DNA of 45,649 nucleotides from the NCBI GenBank assembly GCA_001783595.1, contig MFMW01000016.1:386-46034 (forward strand), read 5' to 3'. Position 1 is the first letter of the stretch. The number at the start of each line of letters is the position of its first letter. Below are positions 18,057 to 26,674 of this stretch, one piece after another. The DNA is from Candidatus Kuenenbacteria bacterium RIFCSPHIGHO2_02_FULL_39_13 (GTDB taxonomy: Bacteria > Patescibacteriota > Patescibacteriia > UBA2196 > GWA2-42-15). The notes below the pieces were generated by a model. That model was not told where the DNA came from. It did not search any database and was given only the letters and a program-made list of their open reading frames with translations. Made by a program: the position numbers and the translations under genes.

Positions 18057-18086
18057 TTGTAGGTTATTTATACTTTGTGCTATAAT
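18057..18086 (+). promoter_or_regulatory. putative sigma70-type promoter for polA (extended -10)
   Basis: TTGTAG, 18-nt spacer, then TGcTATAAT. It overlaps the palindrome CTATAA-ttttt-TTATAG and lies about 70 nt upstream of the polA ATG. Confidence 0.4.
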
Positions 18087-18156
18087 TTTTTTATAGCAGA
18101 CCTTATTGATATTATAATTCAAGAGTTAAAATTGCGCAATTGTAGAACACGCAAAT

Positions 18157-20958
18157 ATGAAAAAAGAGAAACTTGCCATTATAGATGCCAACGCCCTTAT
18201 TCATCGCGCTTTTCACGCCCTGCCGCCTTTAATGACTAAGGACGGGGTGCTGGTAAATGCTGTTTATGGCTTTGCCAATATATTGCTTAAAGTTTTAAAA
18301 GACATCAAGCCGGATTATGTGGCAATGTGTTTTGACGTGGCCAAAGAAACTTTTCGCAATAAAATGTATCAGGATTACAAGGCGCACAGGAAGCATGGGC
18401 CGCAAGAACTTTATGACCAGTTTGAGATGGTTAAAGAATTGGTTAAGGCATTTAAAATGCCGATTTATGCCTTGGCAGGATATGAGGCAGATGATTTAAT
18501 TGGCACGATTGTCAAAAAAACCAATGGCAAGATTGAGAAATTTATTGTGACTGGGGATATGGATACCTTGCAGTTAATAGCCGAAGATACTAAAGTATAT
18601 ACTTTACACAAGGGGATTACGGATACCATAATTTATGACGCGCCAGCCGTCATGGAAAAATATGGCTTTGGACCGGAGTTGATGGTTGATTACAAAGCGC
18701 TTCGAGGAGATCCGTCTGATAATATTCCAGGGGTAAAAGGAGTCGGAGAAAAGACAGCTAAAGAATTAATAAAAAAATTTAATGCAATTGAAAAGTTGTA
18801 TGATTTTATTGACGGTTTAAAAAAGCTTGAGGAAGAAATTAGAAATCAGCCGTTAGCGATGAAGGGCATTAAAAAATCAGTTTATACAAAATTAGTTGAG
18901 CATAAAAAAGAAGCGTTTTTGTCCAAGAAGCTGGCGACGATAAAATGCGATGTTAAAATTGATTTTAATCTGGCTGATGCGCGGGTTCAGCCGTTTGACG
19001 CAGCGCGAATAGTAGAGTTGTTTCAGGCATGGAATTTTAAATCTCTGATTGGCAGAATTCCGGCAGCGGAAAAAATAATTATTAAAGGGCAGAGTTCGCT
19101 TTTTAATAAAGGGAATCGGCAGGATGAGAGAAAAAGCGGATTTGAGATCAGGCAGGGTTATGAGTTAATTGATCATCAGGATAAACTTGATTACTTTTTA
19201 GAAAAATTATCACAGCAAAAAGAGTTTGCCATTGATACGGAAACAGATAGTATTGATCCATGGCGATTAAATTTGCTTGGCATTAGTTTTTCATGGCAAG
19301 CCGCTAGCGCTTATTATCTGCCAATTAGTAAATTAGAAATTAGCGGGCAGCCACCAGGAATTTTTTATAATCAGTTAAATAAAATATTAGCTGACGAGAA
19401 AATTAAAAAAATTGGGCATAATATTAAATTTGATTTAGAAGCTTTGGCCAGGGCTGGATTTGAATTAAACGGCATTGCTTTTGATACTATGGTGGCGTCG
19501 TATTTGTTAAATCCCGGTTCAAGACAGCATAGTTTGGCCGTTTCAACATTTACGGAGTTTGGTTATGAGATGACACCAATTGAAAGTTTGCTTGGTCCAA
19601 AAGGCAAAGACCAGCTTAATATGAGCCAAGTGGCAGTGGCCATGGTAGCTGATTATTCATGCGAGGATGCTGATTATACCTGGCGCTTGTATGAAAAGTT
19701 AAAAAAGCAGCTGCTTAAAAATGATTTATTGGATTTGCTGGAAAACATTGAAAATCCGTTAATTCGGGTTTTGGCTAAAATGGAGAAAAACGGGGTAATG
19801 ATTGATGTTAATTTTTTAAAGAAAATGAGCAGGGAATTGGCCTTAAAAATAAATAGTTTAGAAGCCAAAATTTTTAAAATTGCCGGCATGAAGTTTAATG
19901 TCCGTTCGCCGCTGCAATTAAAAGAAATTTTATTTGATAAATTGAATATTTCAACAGCCGGGCTTGCCAGAACTAAAACTGGCATTTCCACGGCAGCCGT
20001 GGAAATGGATAAATTGCAAGGCAGGCATCAGATAATTGATTTAATCAGGGAACACAGGGAACTGGCAAAATTGAAAAGCACTTATACTGATGCCTTGCCA
20101 GCGCTGATTAATCCGGAAGATAAAAGAATTCACACTTCGTTTAATCAGACTGTCACAGCCACGGGCAGATTATCATCGTCTGATCCAAATTTGCAGAATA
20201 TTCCGATTCGCACGGAGTTGGGCCGTAAAATCAGGCAGGCATTTGTGGCGCCAGTTGGTTATAAAATTGCGGCTTTGGATTATTCGCAGATTGAATTGAG
20301 GATTGCGGCAGCGTTGAGCGGGGATAAAAAGATGATAGCGGCGTTCGGAAGAAAAGAAGATTTTCATGCGCGCACGGCGGCAGAAGTTTTTGAAATTCCT
20401 TTAGACAAAGTGACGCCAGAGATGAGACGTAGGGCAAAAGAGGTTAATTTTGGGATTTTGTACGGCTTGGGGGCGCATGGTTTGGCGCGGCGGACAGGAG
20501 TGAGTTATGAGGAGGCGCTGGCATTTATTGAAAAATATTTTAACATTTACAGCGATTTGAAAGAATATTTAGAAGAAACGATTGCCCTGGCTCATTCCCA
20601 AGAATACGTGGAAACTTTGTTTGGCCGCAAACGATACTTGCCGGAGATTAATGCGGACCACCAGGGCTTAAGAGCGCAGGCGGAAAGGATGGCTTTAAAT
20701 CATCCTTTCCAAGGATCAAGCGCTGATTTGATAAAAATGGCTATGATTGAAATTGATAAATTAATTGAAAAAGAATTTTCAGCTGATGAAGTAAGGATGA
20801 TATTGCAAGTGCATGACGAGTTGGTGTTTGAGATAAAAGATGGGCTGGTTAAAAAAGCCAGCGAATTAATTAAAGATGAAATGGAAACGGTCTATAAATT
20901 AAAAGTGCCGATTGTGGTAGATGTGGGCATAGGCAGGAATTGGGGCGAGTGCAAGTAA
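18157..20958 (+). CDS. polA: DNA polymerase I
   Basis: 933 aa. 5'-nuclease domain (DNIPGVKGVGEKTA), 3'-5' exo-like domain (FAIDTETDS), polymerase motifs (DYSQIELR, QVHDELVFE). Confidence 0.97.
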   Translation: MKKEKLAIIDANALIHRAFHALPPLMTKDGVLVNAVYGFANILLKVLKDIKPDYVAMCFDVAKETFRNKMYQDYKAHRKHGPQELYDQFEMVKELVKAFKMPIYALAGYEADDLIGTIVKKTNGKIEKFIVTGDMDTLQLIAEDTKVYTLHKGITDTIIYDAPAVMEKYGFGPELMVDYKALRGDPSDNIPGVKGVGEKTAKELIKKFNAIEKLYDFIDGLKKLEEEIRNQPLAMKGIKKSVYTKLVEHKKEAFLSKKLATIKCDVKIDFNLADARVQPFDAARIVELFQAWNFKSLIGRIPAAEKIIIKGQSSLFNKGNRQDERKSGFEIRQGYELIDHQDKLDYFLEKLSQQKEFAIDTETDSIDPWRLNLLGISFSWQAASAYYLPISKLEISGQPPGIFYNQLNKILADEKIKKIGHNIKFDLEALARAGFELNGIAFDTMVASYLLNPGSRQHSLAVSTFTEFGYEMTPIESLLGPKGKDQLNMSQVAVAMVADYSCEDADYTWRLYEKLKKQLLKNDLLDLLENIENPLIRVLAKMEKNGVMIDVNFLKKMSRELALKINSLEAKIFKIAGMKFNVRSPLQLKEILFDKLNISTAGLARTKTGISTAAVEMDKLQGRHQIIDLIREHRELAKLKSTYTDALPALINPEDKRIHTSFNQTVTATGRLSSSDPNLQNIPIRTELGRKIRQAFVAPVGYKIAALDYSQIELRIAAALSGDKKMIAAFGRKEDFHARTAAEVFEIPLDKVTPEMRRRAKEVNFGILYGLGAHGLARRTGVSYEEALAFIEKYFNIYSDLKEYLEETIALAHSQEYVETLFGRKRYLPEINADHQGLRAQAERMALNHPFQGSSADLIKMAMIEIDKLIEKEFSADEVRMILQVHDELVFEIKDGLVKKASELIKDEMETVYKLKVPIVVDVGIGRNWGECK

Positions 20959-21157
20959 TAGTAATTAGTTTATAAATTTGGCCTGTTGACAAGAGGATTT
21001 GCATAATTCTTAATAAGGTGCGATAATTATTGTATCAATTTACATTTATCCCAATAAAATAAGTTACTGGCTCGAGGTAACTGATAAAAGGGAATAAAAG
21101 TAGCCCGGGCGTGTTTGTTGCCCTGGGTCACATTATTAACTAATTTTAGCGAAAAAT

Positions 21158-21439
21158 ATGGCTAAAATGACAAAAACTCAAATCATACAGGCATTGGCAG
21201 ATAAGAGCGGCATGGCAAAGAAGGATGTGGTAAGTTTCATGGATAAGTTGGCAGAACTCGCCTATAGCGAAGTGAAAAGCAATGGCGAGTTTGTATTACC
21301 AGGTTTTGGTAAATTGGTAAAGGTTAACAGAAAAGCTCGCGAGGGCAGAAATCCAGCCACTGGCGCGACAATTCACATTCCGGCGAAAACTGTGGTAAAA
21401 TTCCGTGTGGCCAAGGCGGTTAAGGACGGATTACTTTAA
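21158..21439 (+). CDS. hup: HU-family DNA-binding protein
   Basis: 93 aa. GFGKLVKVNRKAREGRNPATGATIHIPA beta-arm signature. Confidence 0.95.
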   Translation: MAKMTKTQIIQALADKSGMAKKDVVSFMDKLAELAYSEVKSNGEFVLPGFGKLVKVNRKAREGRNPATGATIHIPAKTVVKFRVAKAVKDGLL

Positions 21440-21461
21440 AGGCTGGAATTTTTATAAATAA

Positions 21462-21494
21462 AAAGCTCTCCAATATTCTATGGGAGAGCTTTTT
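21462..21494. terminator. bidirectional hairpin terminator between hup and pilT
   Basis: 10-bp stem AAAGCTCTCC/GGAGAGCTTT with A and T runs on either side. Confidence 0.7.
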
Positions 21495-21505
21495 AGTTTG
21501 ATAAG

Positions 21506-22549
21506 TTATTTAATAGTCGTGCCGTTAGCAGAGTATTGTCTGGCAGTTTCTTTGTCAATCAAACCTTGTTTAATAAGTTTTTCCAGCGATTGGTTCATCG
21601 TAACCATAGAGTCATCAGATGATGTTTGGATAACAGTTTTGATTTGGGCAATTTTGTTTTCGCGGATCAGATTAGCCACAGCCGGAGTGTTGATCATAAT
21701 TTCTCTGGCGCCGACGCGATTTTTGCCATCCTTGGTTTGTATCAGCTGTTGGGCGATAACGCCGACCAGCGACATAGAGAGTTGCATGCGGATTTGCTCT
21801 TGCTGATAAGGCGGAAAGATATCAATAATTCTGTCAACTGTTTGAGAGGCGTTAGGGGTGTGCAGAGTAGCCAGCACTAAATGGCCTGTTTCAGCCAGAG
21901 TAATGGTGGAAGCAATGGTTTCTAAATCACGCATTTCGCCCACCATAATAACGTTTGGATCTTGTCTTAAAACATGTTTGAGAGCATCAGGAAAAGATAA
22001 AAAATCAAAGCCATATTGCCGCTGGCGGATTATGCTTTTTTTAGGAGTAAAAACATATTCAATCGGATCCTCAAGAGTGATAATATTGCATGATCGTTCG
22101 TTATTAATCAGGCTGATGATAGCAGCTAATGATGTTGATTTACCGCAGCCAGTGGGGCCAGTCAGGATGATCAGCCCTTGATGAAGTCGGGATAATTGGT
22201 AAACAATTTCAGGCATCATAATTTCTTCCATCGTAGGAATTTTAGTGCTTATCACCCGGGCGGCAAGACTGGGACTGCCTTTTTCAAAATGAAGATTAAT
22301 GCGGAAACGTTCACCGCTTTCAAGTTGATAGGCTAAATCCAATTCTCGTCTGCTTAAATATTGATCCTTTTGCTTGGCAGTCAGGATAGAAATAACCAGA
22401 TCCTCTAATTTTTTTTGATTAAAAACGCCAAACTTGTCCAGGCGGATAAGCTGACCAGTAACTCTGATAATTAGCGGTTCACCGTTAATAAGATGAACAT
22501 CAGAGGCTTTATGAGCTACTCCTTCATCAAAAATTTGTTTAATGGTCAT
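21506..22549 (-). CDS. pilT: type IV pilus retraction (twitching motility) ATPase PilT
   Basis: 347 aa. Walker A GPTGCGKST, MVGEMRD, ATLHT and PilT-type C-terminal motifs. Confidence 0.9.
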   Translation of the reverse strand: MTIKQIFDEGVAHKASDVHLINGEPLIIRVTGQLIRLDKFGVFNQKKLEDLVISILTAKQKDQYLSRRELDLAYQLESGERFRINLHFEKGSPSLAARVISTKIPTMEEIMMPEIVYQLSRLHQGLIILTGPTGCGKSTSLAAIISLINNERSCNIITLEDPIEYVFTPKKSIIRQRQYGFDFLSFPDALKHVLRQDPNVIMVGEMRDLETIASTITLAETGHLVLATLHTPNASQTVDRIIDIFPPYQQEQIRMQLSMSLVGVIAQQLIQTKDGKNRVGAREIMINTPAVANLIRENKIAQIKTVIQTSSDDSMVTMNQSLEKLIKQGLIDKETARQYSANGTTIK

Positions 22550-22623
22550 AGTTTCGAGATTATATTATTAATTATAGCATGGAATGATTTAATAATAAAT
22601 TTTTTTACACTTTATATTCGGCG

Positions 22624-22652
22624 TTGACAAATATTATTAAATATGCTATAAT
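22624..22652 (+). promoter_or_regulatory. consensus sigma70 promoter upstream of the FN3 protein gene
   Basis: Perfect TTGACA, 17-nt spacer, perfect TATAAT. The -10 ends 24 nt before the ATG at 22677. Confidence 0.65.
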
Positions 22653-22676
22653 TTTTAGATTAATAAGATTAACTAT

Positions 22677-24113
22677 ATGTTTATGTTTAAAATCATTAAA
22701 TTTTTGCTGATAATAGCCATATTATTTAGTTCAATAAGCTATATTCCAGCGGCAACTGCCCAGGTTTATATTTACAATATAGAAGTTTTTGATATGCAAA
22801 ATGGCAGTGCTAAAATTTATTGGGAGACAATTGAGCCAACTCAAGCAAGAGTTTATCTGGGAGAAAGCCCAAATAATCTGGATAAATTTTATTTTTATAG
22901 CCAGTTTGATTCAGCGCATATAGTTGCTTTTATGGGTTTGCAAAAAAATGTCACATATTATTTTAAAATTGTGGCCATAAATAAAGCAGGCGGGATAATG
23001 GAATCATTTTTGCAGACTTTTTCAACTAAGAATATGGTTGATACAGTGGCGCCTGAATTTTCAAACTCCCAAGTAATGCAAACAACAAAAGACGCCGCAA
23101 TGGTGTCTTGGACGACTAATGAGGAAACCAAGGCTGAAATTTTTTATGGCGCAAGAGAATATGATCTGAATAAAAAGGCTGGTTATGGCGCTTACAATAA
23201 ATATCATGAAATATTTTTATATAATTTAACTCCGGAAACATATTATTTTGTAAAGATTATTGCCGAAGACCGCGGCAAGAATAAGCAGATTAGTTTTTTA
23301 AATTTTAAAACGGCCCAGACTTTGGATAAAAATACGGCTTTGAAGATTTATCAGATTGAGCCAGCGAATTTTGATGGGGAACTGGTTCATCAAAACAAAG
23401 TCACTTTAAAGTGGAAAACAAATTTTATGGCTAAAAGTAAAATCCATTACGGTTTAGAGTCAGGCAAATATAGTAAGCACGCTGATGTTTTGAAAGACAG
23501 CCATGCTTTAGAACATGAGTTCACCATTGAAGCATTAGAGCCGAACACTACTTATTATTACAAAATTGAGGTTTATGACAGTTTTTACGGCAAGAAAGCA
23601 GAGAGCGGGGAATTGACTTTTACTACCAGCGCTTTTTCAGTGCCTGTACCGCAAATTAAAGGCGTGCAAAGCGGCAGTGAATATCTTGATTCTGATAATG
23701 ACGGTTTAAGCGATGCTTATGAATATGAGATTGGCACTGACCCGTTTAAGCAAGACAGCGATGGCGATGGTTATAATGACGGCAATGAAATGAAGCATGG
23801 TTGGGATCCGAATGTTTTCGGCAGTAGCTATGATACCAGACTTCAGGCATCAAATTACTATCTGCCCAAAAGAGCTTATCAATACAGGCTGGAGAAAGAC
23901 AGGGAACTCCGCATTTATGTTAATAATCGTTTAGGCAATCCTGATGTAGCTTCTAAAAATTGGAGAATATTAAGCGATGCTTATATTTATGGCGGATATC
24001 CAGTAGAAGCGATTGCCGCCGCCATCAAACATGGCGGGAAAACCGTGCATCCCACTATCCCCTGGAGCGTCTGGAAAAATACCAGTGTTTATCAGCAATA
24101 TATTAATCAGTGA
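22677..24113 (+). CDS. secreted protein with repeated FN3-like domains and thrombospondin type-3-like calcium-binding repeats
   Basis: 478 aa. N-terminal signal/TM, about four FN3-like units each ending ..TYYFKI / TYYFVKI / TYYYKIEV, and DSDNDGLSDAYE..DSDGDGYNDGNE Asp-rich repeats. Confidence 0.75.
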   Translation: MFMFKIIKFLLIIAILFSSISYIPAATAQVYIYNIEVFDMQNGSAKIYWETIEPTQARVYLGESPNNLDKFYFYSQFDSAHIVAFMGLQKNVTYYFKIVAINKAGGIMESFLQTFSTKNMVDTVAPEFSNSQVMQTTKDAAMVSWTTNEETKAEIFYGAREYDLNKKAGYGAYNKYHEIFLYNLTPETYYFVKIIAEDRGKNKQISFLNFKTAQTLDKNTALKIYQIEPANFDGELVHQNKVTLKWKTNFMAKSKIHYGLESGKYSKHADVLKDSHALEHEFTIEALEPNTTYYYKIEVYDSFYGKKAESGELTFTTSAFSVPVPQIKGVQSGSEYLDSDNDGLSDAYEYEIGTDPFKQDSDGDGYNDGNEMKHGWDPNVFGSSYDTRLQASNYYLPKRAYQYRLEKDRELRIYVNNRLGNPDVASKNWRILSDAYIYGGYPVEAIAAAIKHGGKTVHPTIPWSVWKNTSVYQQYINQ

Positions 24114-24150
24114 TGTTACACCAATAGCAGAAAATAACATAAATAATCCT

Positions 24151-24258
24151 GTCATCGCGAGCGACCCCGATGTCCATCGGAGGAGCGTCGCGATCCCGTG
24201 ACAAATAGCATTAACTACGAGATTGCGACGTCGTCGCTTCGCTCCTCCTCGCAATGAC
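24151..24258. repeat. palindromic intergenic repeat, copy 3
   Basis: gtcatcgcgag ... ctcgcaatgac. The right half is nearly identical to copy 1. Confidence 0.85.
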
Positions 24259-24312
24259 ATGGTGGAGGCTTGGTTAAGATAAGATCAATTAATCAGTAAA
24301 ACTTAACAAAAA

Positions 24313-24342
24313 GAAAACCTCTCAAATTTTTGAGAGGTTTTC
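24313..24342. terminator. bidirectional hairpin terminator
   Basis: Perfect 12-bp stem GAAAACCTCTCA/TGAGAGGTTTTC with loop aatttt, flanked by an A run and a T-rich tail. Confidence 0.7.
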
Positions 24343-24527
24343 TTGGGGTCATCAGCGTGGCTTGGTTATAATTACTGATATTTTGTCGGATAAAGAAGGG
24401 GTTGGGATGGTGTCTGATAGTAATTATTAGAAAATTGATTAAACAAAAGATTTCTCGGAAGGGGGGGGGTTGTTTTAATGGGGTTGCAACCGAAATTTGG
24501 ATATAATTAGCAGCAAATTAAGATTAC

Positions 24528-26021
24528 TTATTTAATGCTTGGCTCGCCCAAAAAATAACTATGATGTTTGTCTTTCCCGAAATATCCGTTTATTAATAAG
24601 AACGAATCTGCATCAGCTTCCTCAATAATTTCGCCCTGAAAATATACAAAATTTTTGTCTTTTTGATACCACTCTCCTAAACATTCAAATGAGCCCACAT
24701 CGGCTTCTGGAATAATACTACCTTGATAATATACATGACTTTTGTCTTTGACAAAACGCGTTGCCAGGATTACAAAAGTGTCATAATCTAGATTATCAAA
24801 AGCAAAGTTTTTATTATCGTAATTTACAAAATAAAGATTTTTATCATCCATTACATAATATTTATTAATTATTTTTATGGTGTCTGGACTTGCTCCTAAT
24901 ATGAGTGTCGAATTTCGATATACTCCATTTTTATCTTTTGCAAATTCATATTTTAAATATTCAAAAGAATTAATATCAAGTTTTTCTGTTGGAAAACCCA
25001 TTATATATACATGCTCGCCATCAGTAACATAATTACCCCCTAAATATTTTGCACTCTCGGGTTTATCGCTCATGATTCTGTTATTATGGTAAACGTGATT
25101 TTTGTCTTTGGAATATTGGTATCCTAAAAATTCATAGGAACCCACATCGGCGTTATTAGGAATTCTGCGACCTGAATCTACTGAAAAAGTATATTTGAAA
25201 TTTTCATCTTTAATCTCTCTATCTTTATAAAAAGAATAAATATCATTATCCTCACTAGAAATTTTTTCACAACTTTGATATACATTATTATTGTCTCTTG
25301 CGTAGCGACTTGGGTAGCTGTTTACAGCAATAACAACAAAATCTTTTGCGTCTGCTCCTTTTAATAAACTCATCTGGTCAGCAAATGTATCCATGTATTT
25401 TTTACAATAAACATTATTTTTATCTTTAATATACAATTCATTCAGGGCCTCTATGCTTTCTAAATCAACACTGATGCTATCTATTATATTGCCACGATAA
25501 TATAGGTTATTATTATCTTTTGCATAACCATAATCTAACACATCAATTTTGTTTGCATTGGCACTCTTTAATACCCTGTCTTCGTTATAATCATCAAAAT
25601 AATCAATGTCGTTAAAATGAACGACATCATTTTGTATATAATAACCATCTTTTAAATTTTTTAATTCCCATTTATAATCTGGGACATTAATCTTAGCCCC
25701 GATTCTAATTTGATAATGATTTTCTATCACACTACCATCTGAAAAGGTAATTTTACGCCAATCTGTTGCGTGACCATAGTATTTTTCGGAAAGATCCCAT
25801 AAAGTATCTCCTGCCATAAAGGTATATTTTAAAATATTATCGGTATTTTTGTATGATTTATAATTAGTTCCTGTATCTAGAAGAAAGACCCTGTCTTCTT
25901 CTGATTTATTATCATTTTTTAATTCATTGTCAAGAGTTAGTTTTTTGTTATTTAAAAAAACGCAGCCCGTAATTAAAAGCATTAAAATTAGTAGTAGTAA
26001 TATTTTAATATAACTTGTCAT
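24528..26021 (-). CDS. lipoprotein with a LysM-like segment and many DKNYY-type repeats
   Basis: 497 aa. Lipobox LLITGC, LysM-like GDTLWDLSEKYYG, and at least eight repeats of the form KDKN.VY(Y). Markedly AT-rich. Confidence 0.75.
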   Translation of the reverse strand: MTSYIKILLLLILMLLITGCVFLNNKKLTLDNELKNDNKSEEDRVFLLDTGTNYKSYKNTDNILKYTFMAGDTLWDLSEKYYGHATDWRKITFSDGSVIENHYQIRIGAKINVPDYKWELKNLKDGYYIQNDVVHFNDIDYFDDYNEDRVLKSANANKIDVLDYGYAKDNNNLYYRGNIIDSISVDLESIEALNELYIKDKNNVYCKKYMDTFADQMSLLKGADAKDFVVIAVNSYPSRYARDNNNVYQSCEKISSEDNDIYSFYKDREIKDENFKYTFSVDSGRRIPNNADVGSYEFLGYQYSKDKNHVYHNNRIMSDKPESAKYLGGNYVTDGEHVYIMGFPTEKLDINSFEYLKYEFAKDKNGVYRNSTLILGASPDTIKIINKYYVMDDKNLYFVNYDNKNFAFDNLDYDTFVILATRFVKDKSHVYYQGSIIPEADVGSFECLGEWYQKDKNFVYFQGEIIEEADADSFLLINGYFGKDKHHSYFLGEPSIK

Positions 26022-26077
26022 ATATTTATTTTATTTCCAAACCGCGAAGTTCATAAAGAGTTATAAATTCCTCGGTC

Positions 26078-26153
26078 TGGGGTGCCTAGAGGGAGTCAAA
26101 CCCTCTCTAAAAGCGCCACAAGCTTTTGTGCTAATCGTTACACCATAGGCACC
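26078..26153 (-). tRNA. tRNA-His (anticodon GTG) with encoded G-1 and CCA
   Basis: Reverse complement: G-1 plus acceptor GTGCCTA/TAGGCAC, discriminator C, anticodon stem AAAGC/GCTTT with loop TTGTGGC, T arm AGGGT/CCCTC-like, CCA. Confidence 0.85.
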
Positions 26154-26215
26154 ATATCTCTGCCAAAGGCAGAAAATTTTAAATTAAAATTCATAATTTA
26201 AAATTAAAAATTGTG

Positions 26216-26290
26216 TGGTACCCCCGAGAGGAATCGGACCTCTATCTTCACCTTAGAAGGGTGTTGCTCTATCCATTGAGCTACGGGGGC
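26216..26290 (-). tRNA. tRNA-Arg (anticodon TCT), CCA encoded
   Basis: Reverse complement GCCCCCGTAGCTCAATGGATAGAGC.. with anticodon loop CTTCTAA, T arm AGAGG/CCTCT, acceptor closing with a G1-U72 pair, ACCA. Confidence 0.85.
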
Positions 26291-26412
26291 ATAGACGCTA
26301 GCAGGCGGGGAAGGCTGATGTTCTATCCATTGTCCGCCCATCGCCCTTTGCGTGGGCGGATCCGCTCACCTGCTCAGTTTACATGAGCGGGATGAGCGGA
26401 AGCTACGGGGGC
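26291..26412 (-). pseudogene. tRNA-Arg 5'-half duplicate interrupted by a 68-nt double-hairpin insert
   Basis: On the minus strand, GCCCCCGTAGCT + 68-nt insert + CAATGGATAGA reproduces the first 23 nt of the adjacent tRNA-Arg exactly. Similarity continues to about the anticodon loop (..CAGCCTTC). No T arm or 3' acceptor follows. Confidence 0.55.
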
Positions 26413-26674
26413 TTAAGGAACTTCTCTCTTTAGTGTGTTAGAATACAATAAATTTGGAAATTTGACAAATCTTTTTTTAAATGTTAGCCTGATATTGATA
26501 GATAATACTTATCCACTGCCTAAAGAATGGGCTTACCCATATAAAATGTATAATTTAAGGCAGAAAATAAAAAATAGCAGCAGCAATTAATACACAATTC
26601 CCGGTTTCGCTGAAGTTAGCAAAAAACCGAGAAATTTTTTGTGTATCATTTTTTGCTACTCTTAATTTTTTTAC

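Noticed and set aside
20986-21014. TTGACA box upstream of hup as a promoter, with hairpins in the roughly 170-nt leader.
   Set aside because: No convincing -10 hexamer at 16-18 nt spacing (best is CTTAAT). The leader hairpins are short. Left unreported as a feature.
5454-24258. Whether the gtcattgcgag-type repeats could be a CRISPR array.
   Set aside because: The copies are dispersed (5.4, 9.5 and 24.1 kb), individually palindromic and about 100-130 nt long. There is no regular repeat-spacer periodicity and no cas genes in the window.
24267-24368. 10-nt direct repeat ggcttggtta (24267..24276 and 24359..24368) flanking the terminator, as possible att or target-site duplication.
   Set aside because: It is too short to distinguish from chance, and nothing mobile lies between the copies.
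24461-24469. Nine-G homopolymer tract as a phase-variation switch.
   Set aside because: It lies downstream of both flanking genes (convergent 3' ends), not in a promoter or coding region. No length-variation evidence is available from a single sequence.
26291-26412. The GC-rich double-hairpin region as SRP RNA, tmRNA or another known small RNA.
   Set aside because: I could not find the SRP domain IV motifs (GGAA/AGCA loop pattern) or a tmRNA tRNA-like end with a tag ORF. The exact 23-nt match to the tRNA-Arg 5' end explains the flanks better. It still needs a covariance-model scan.
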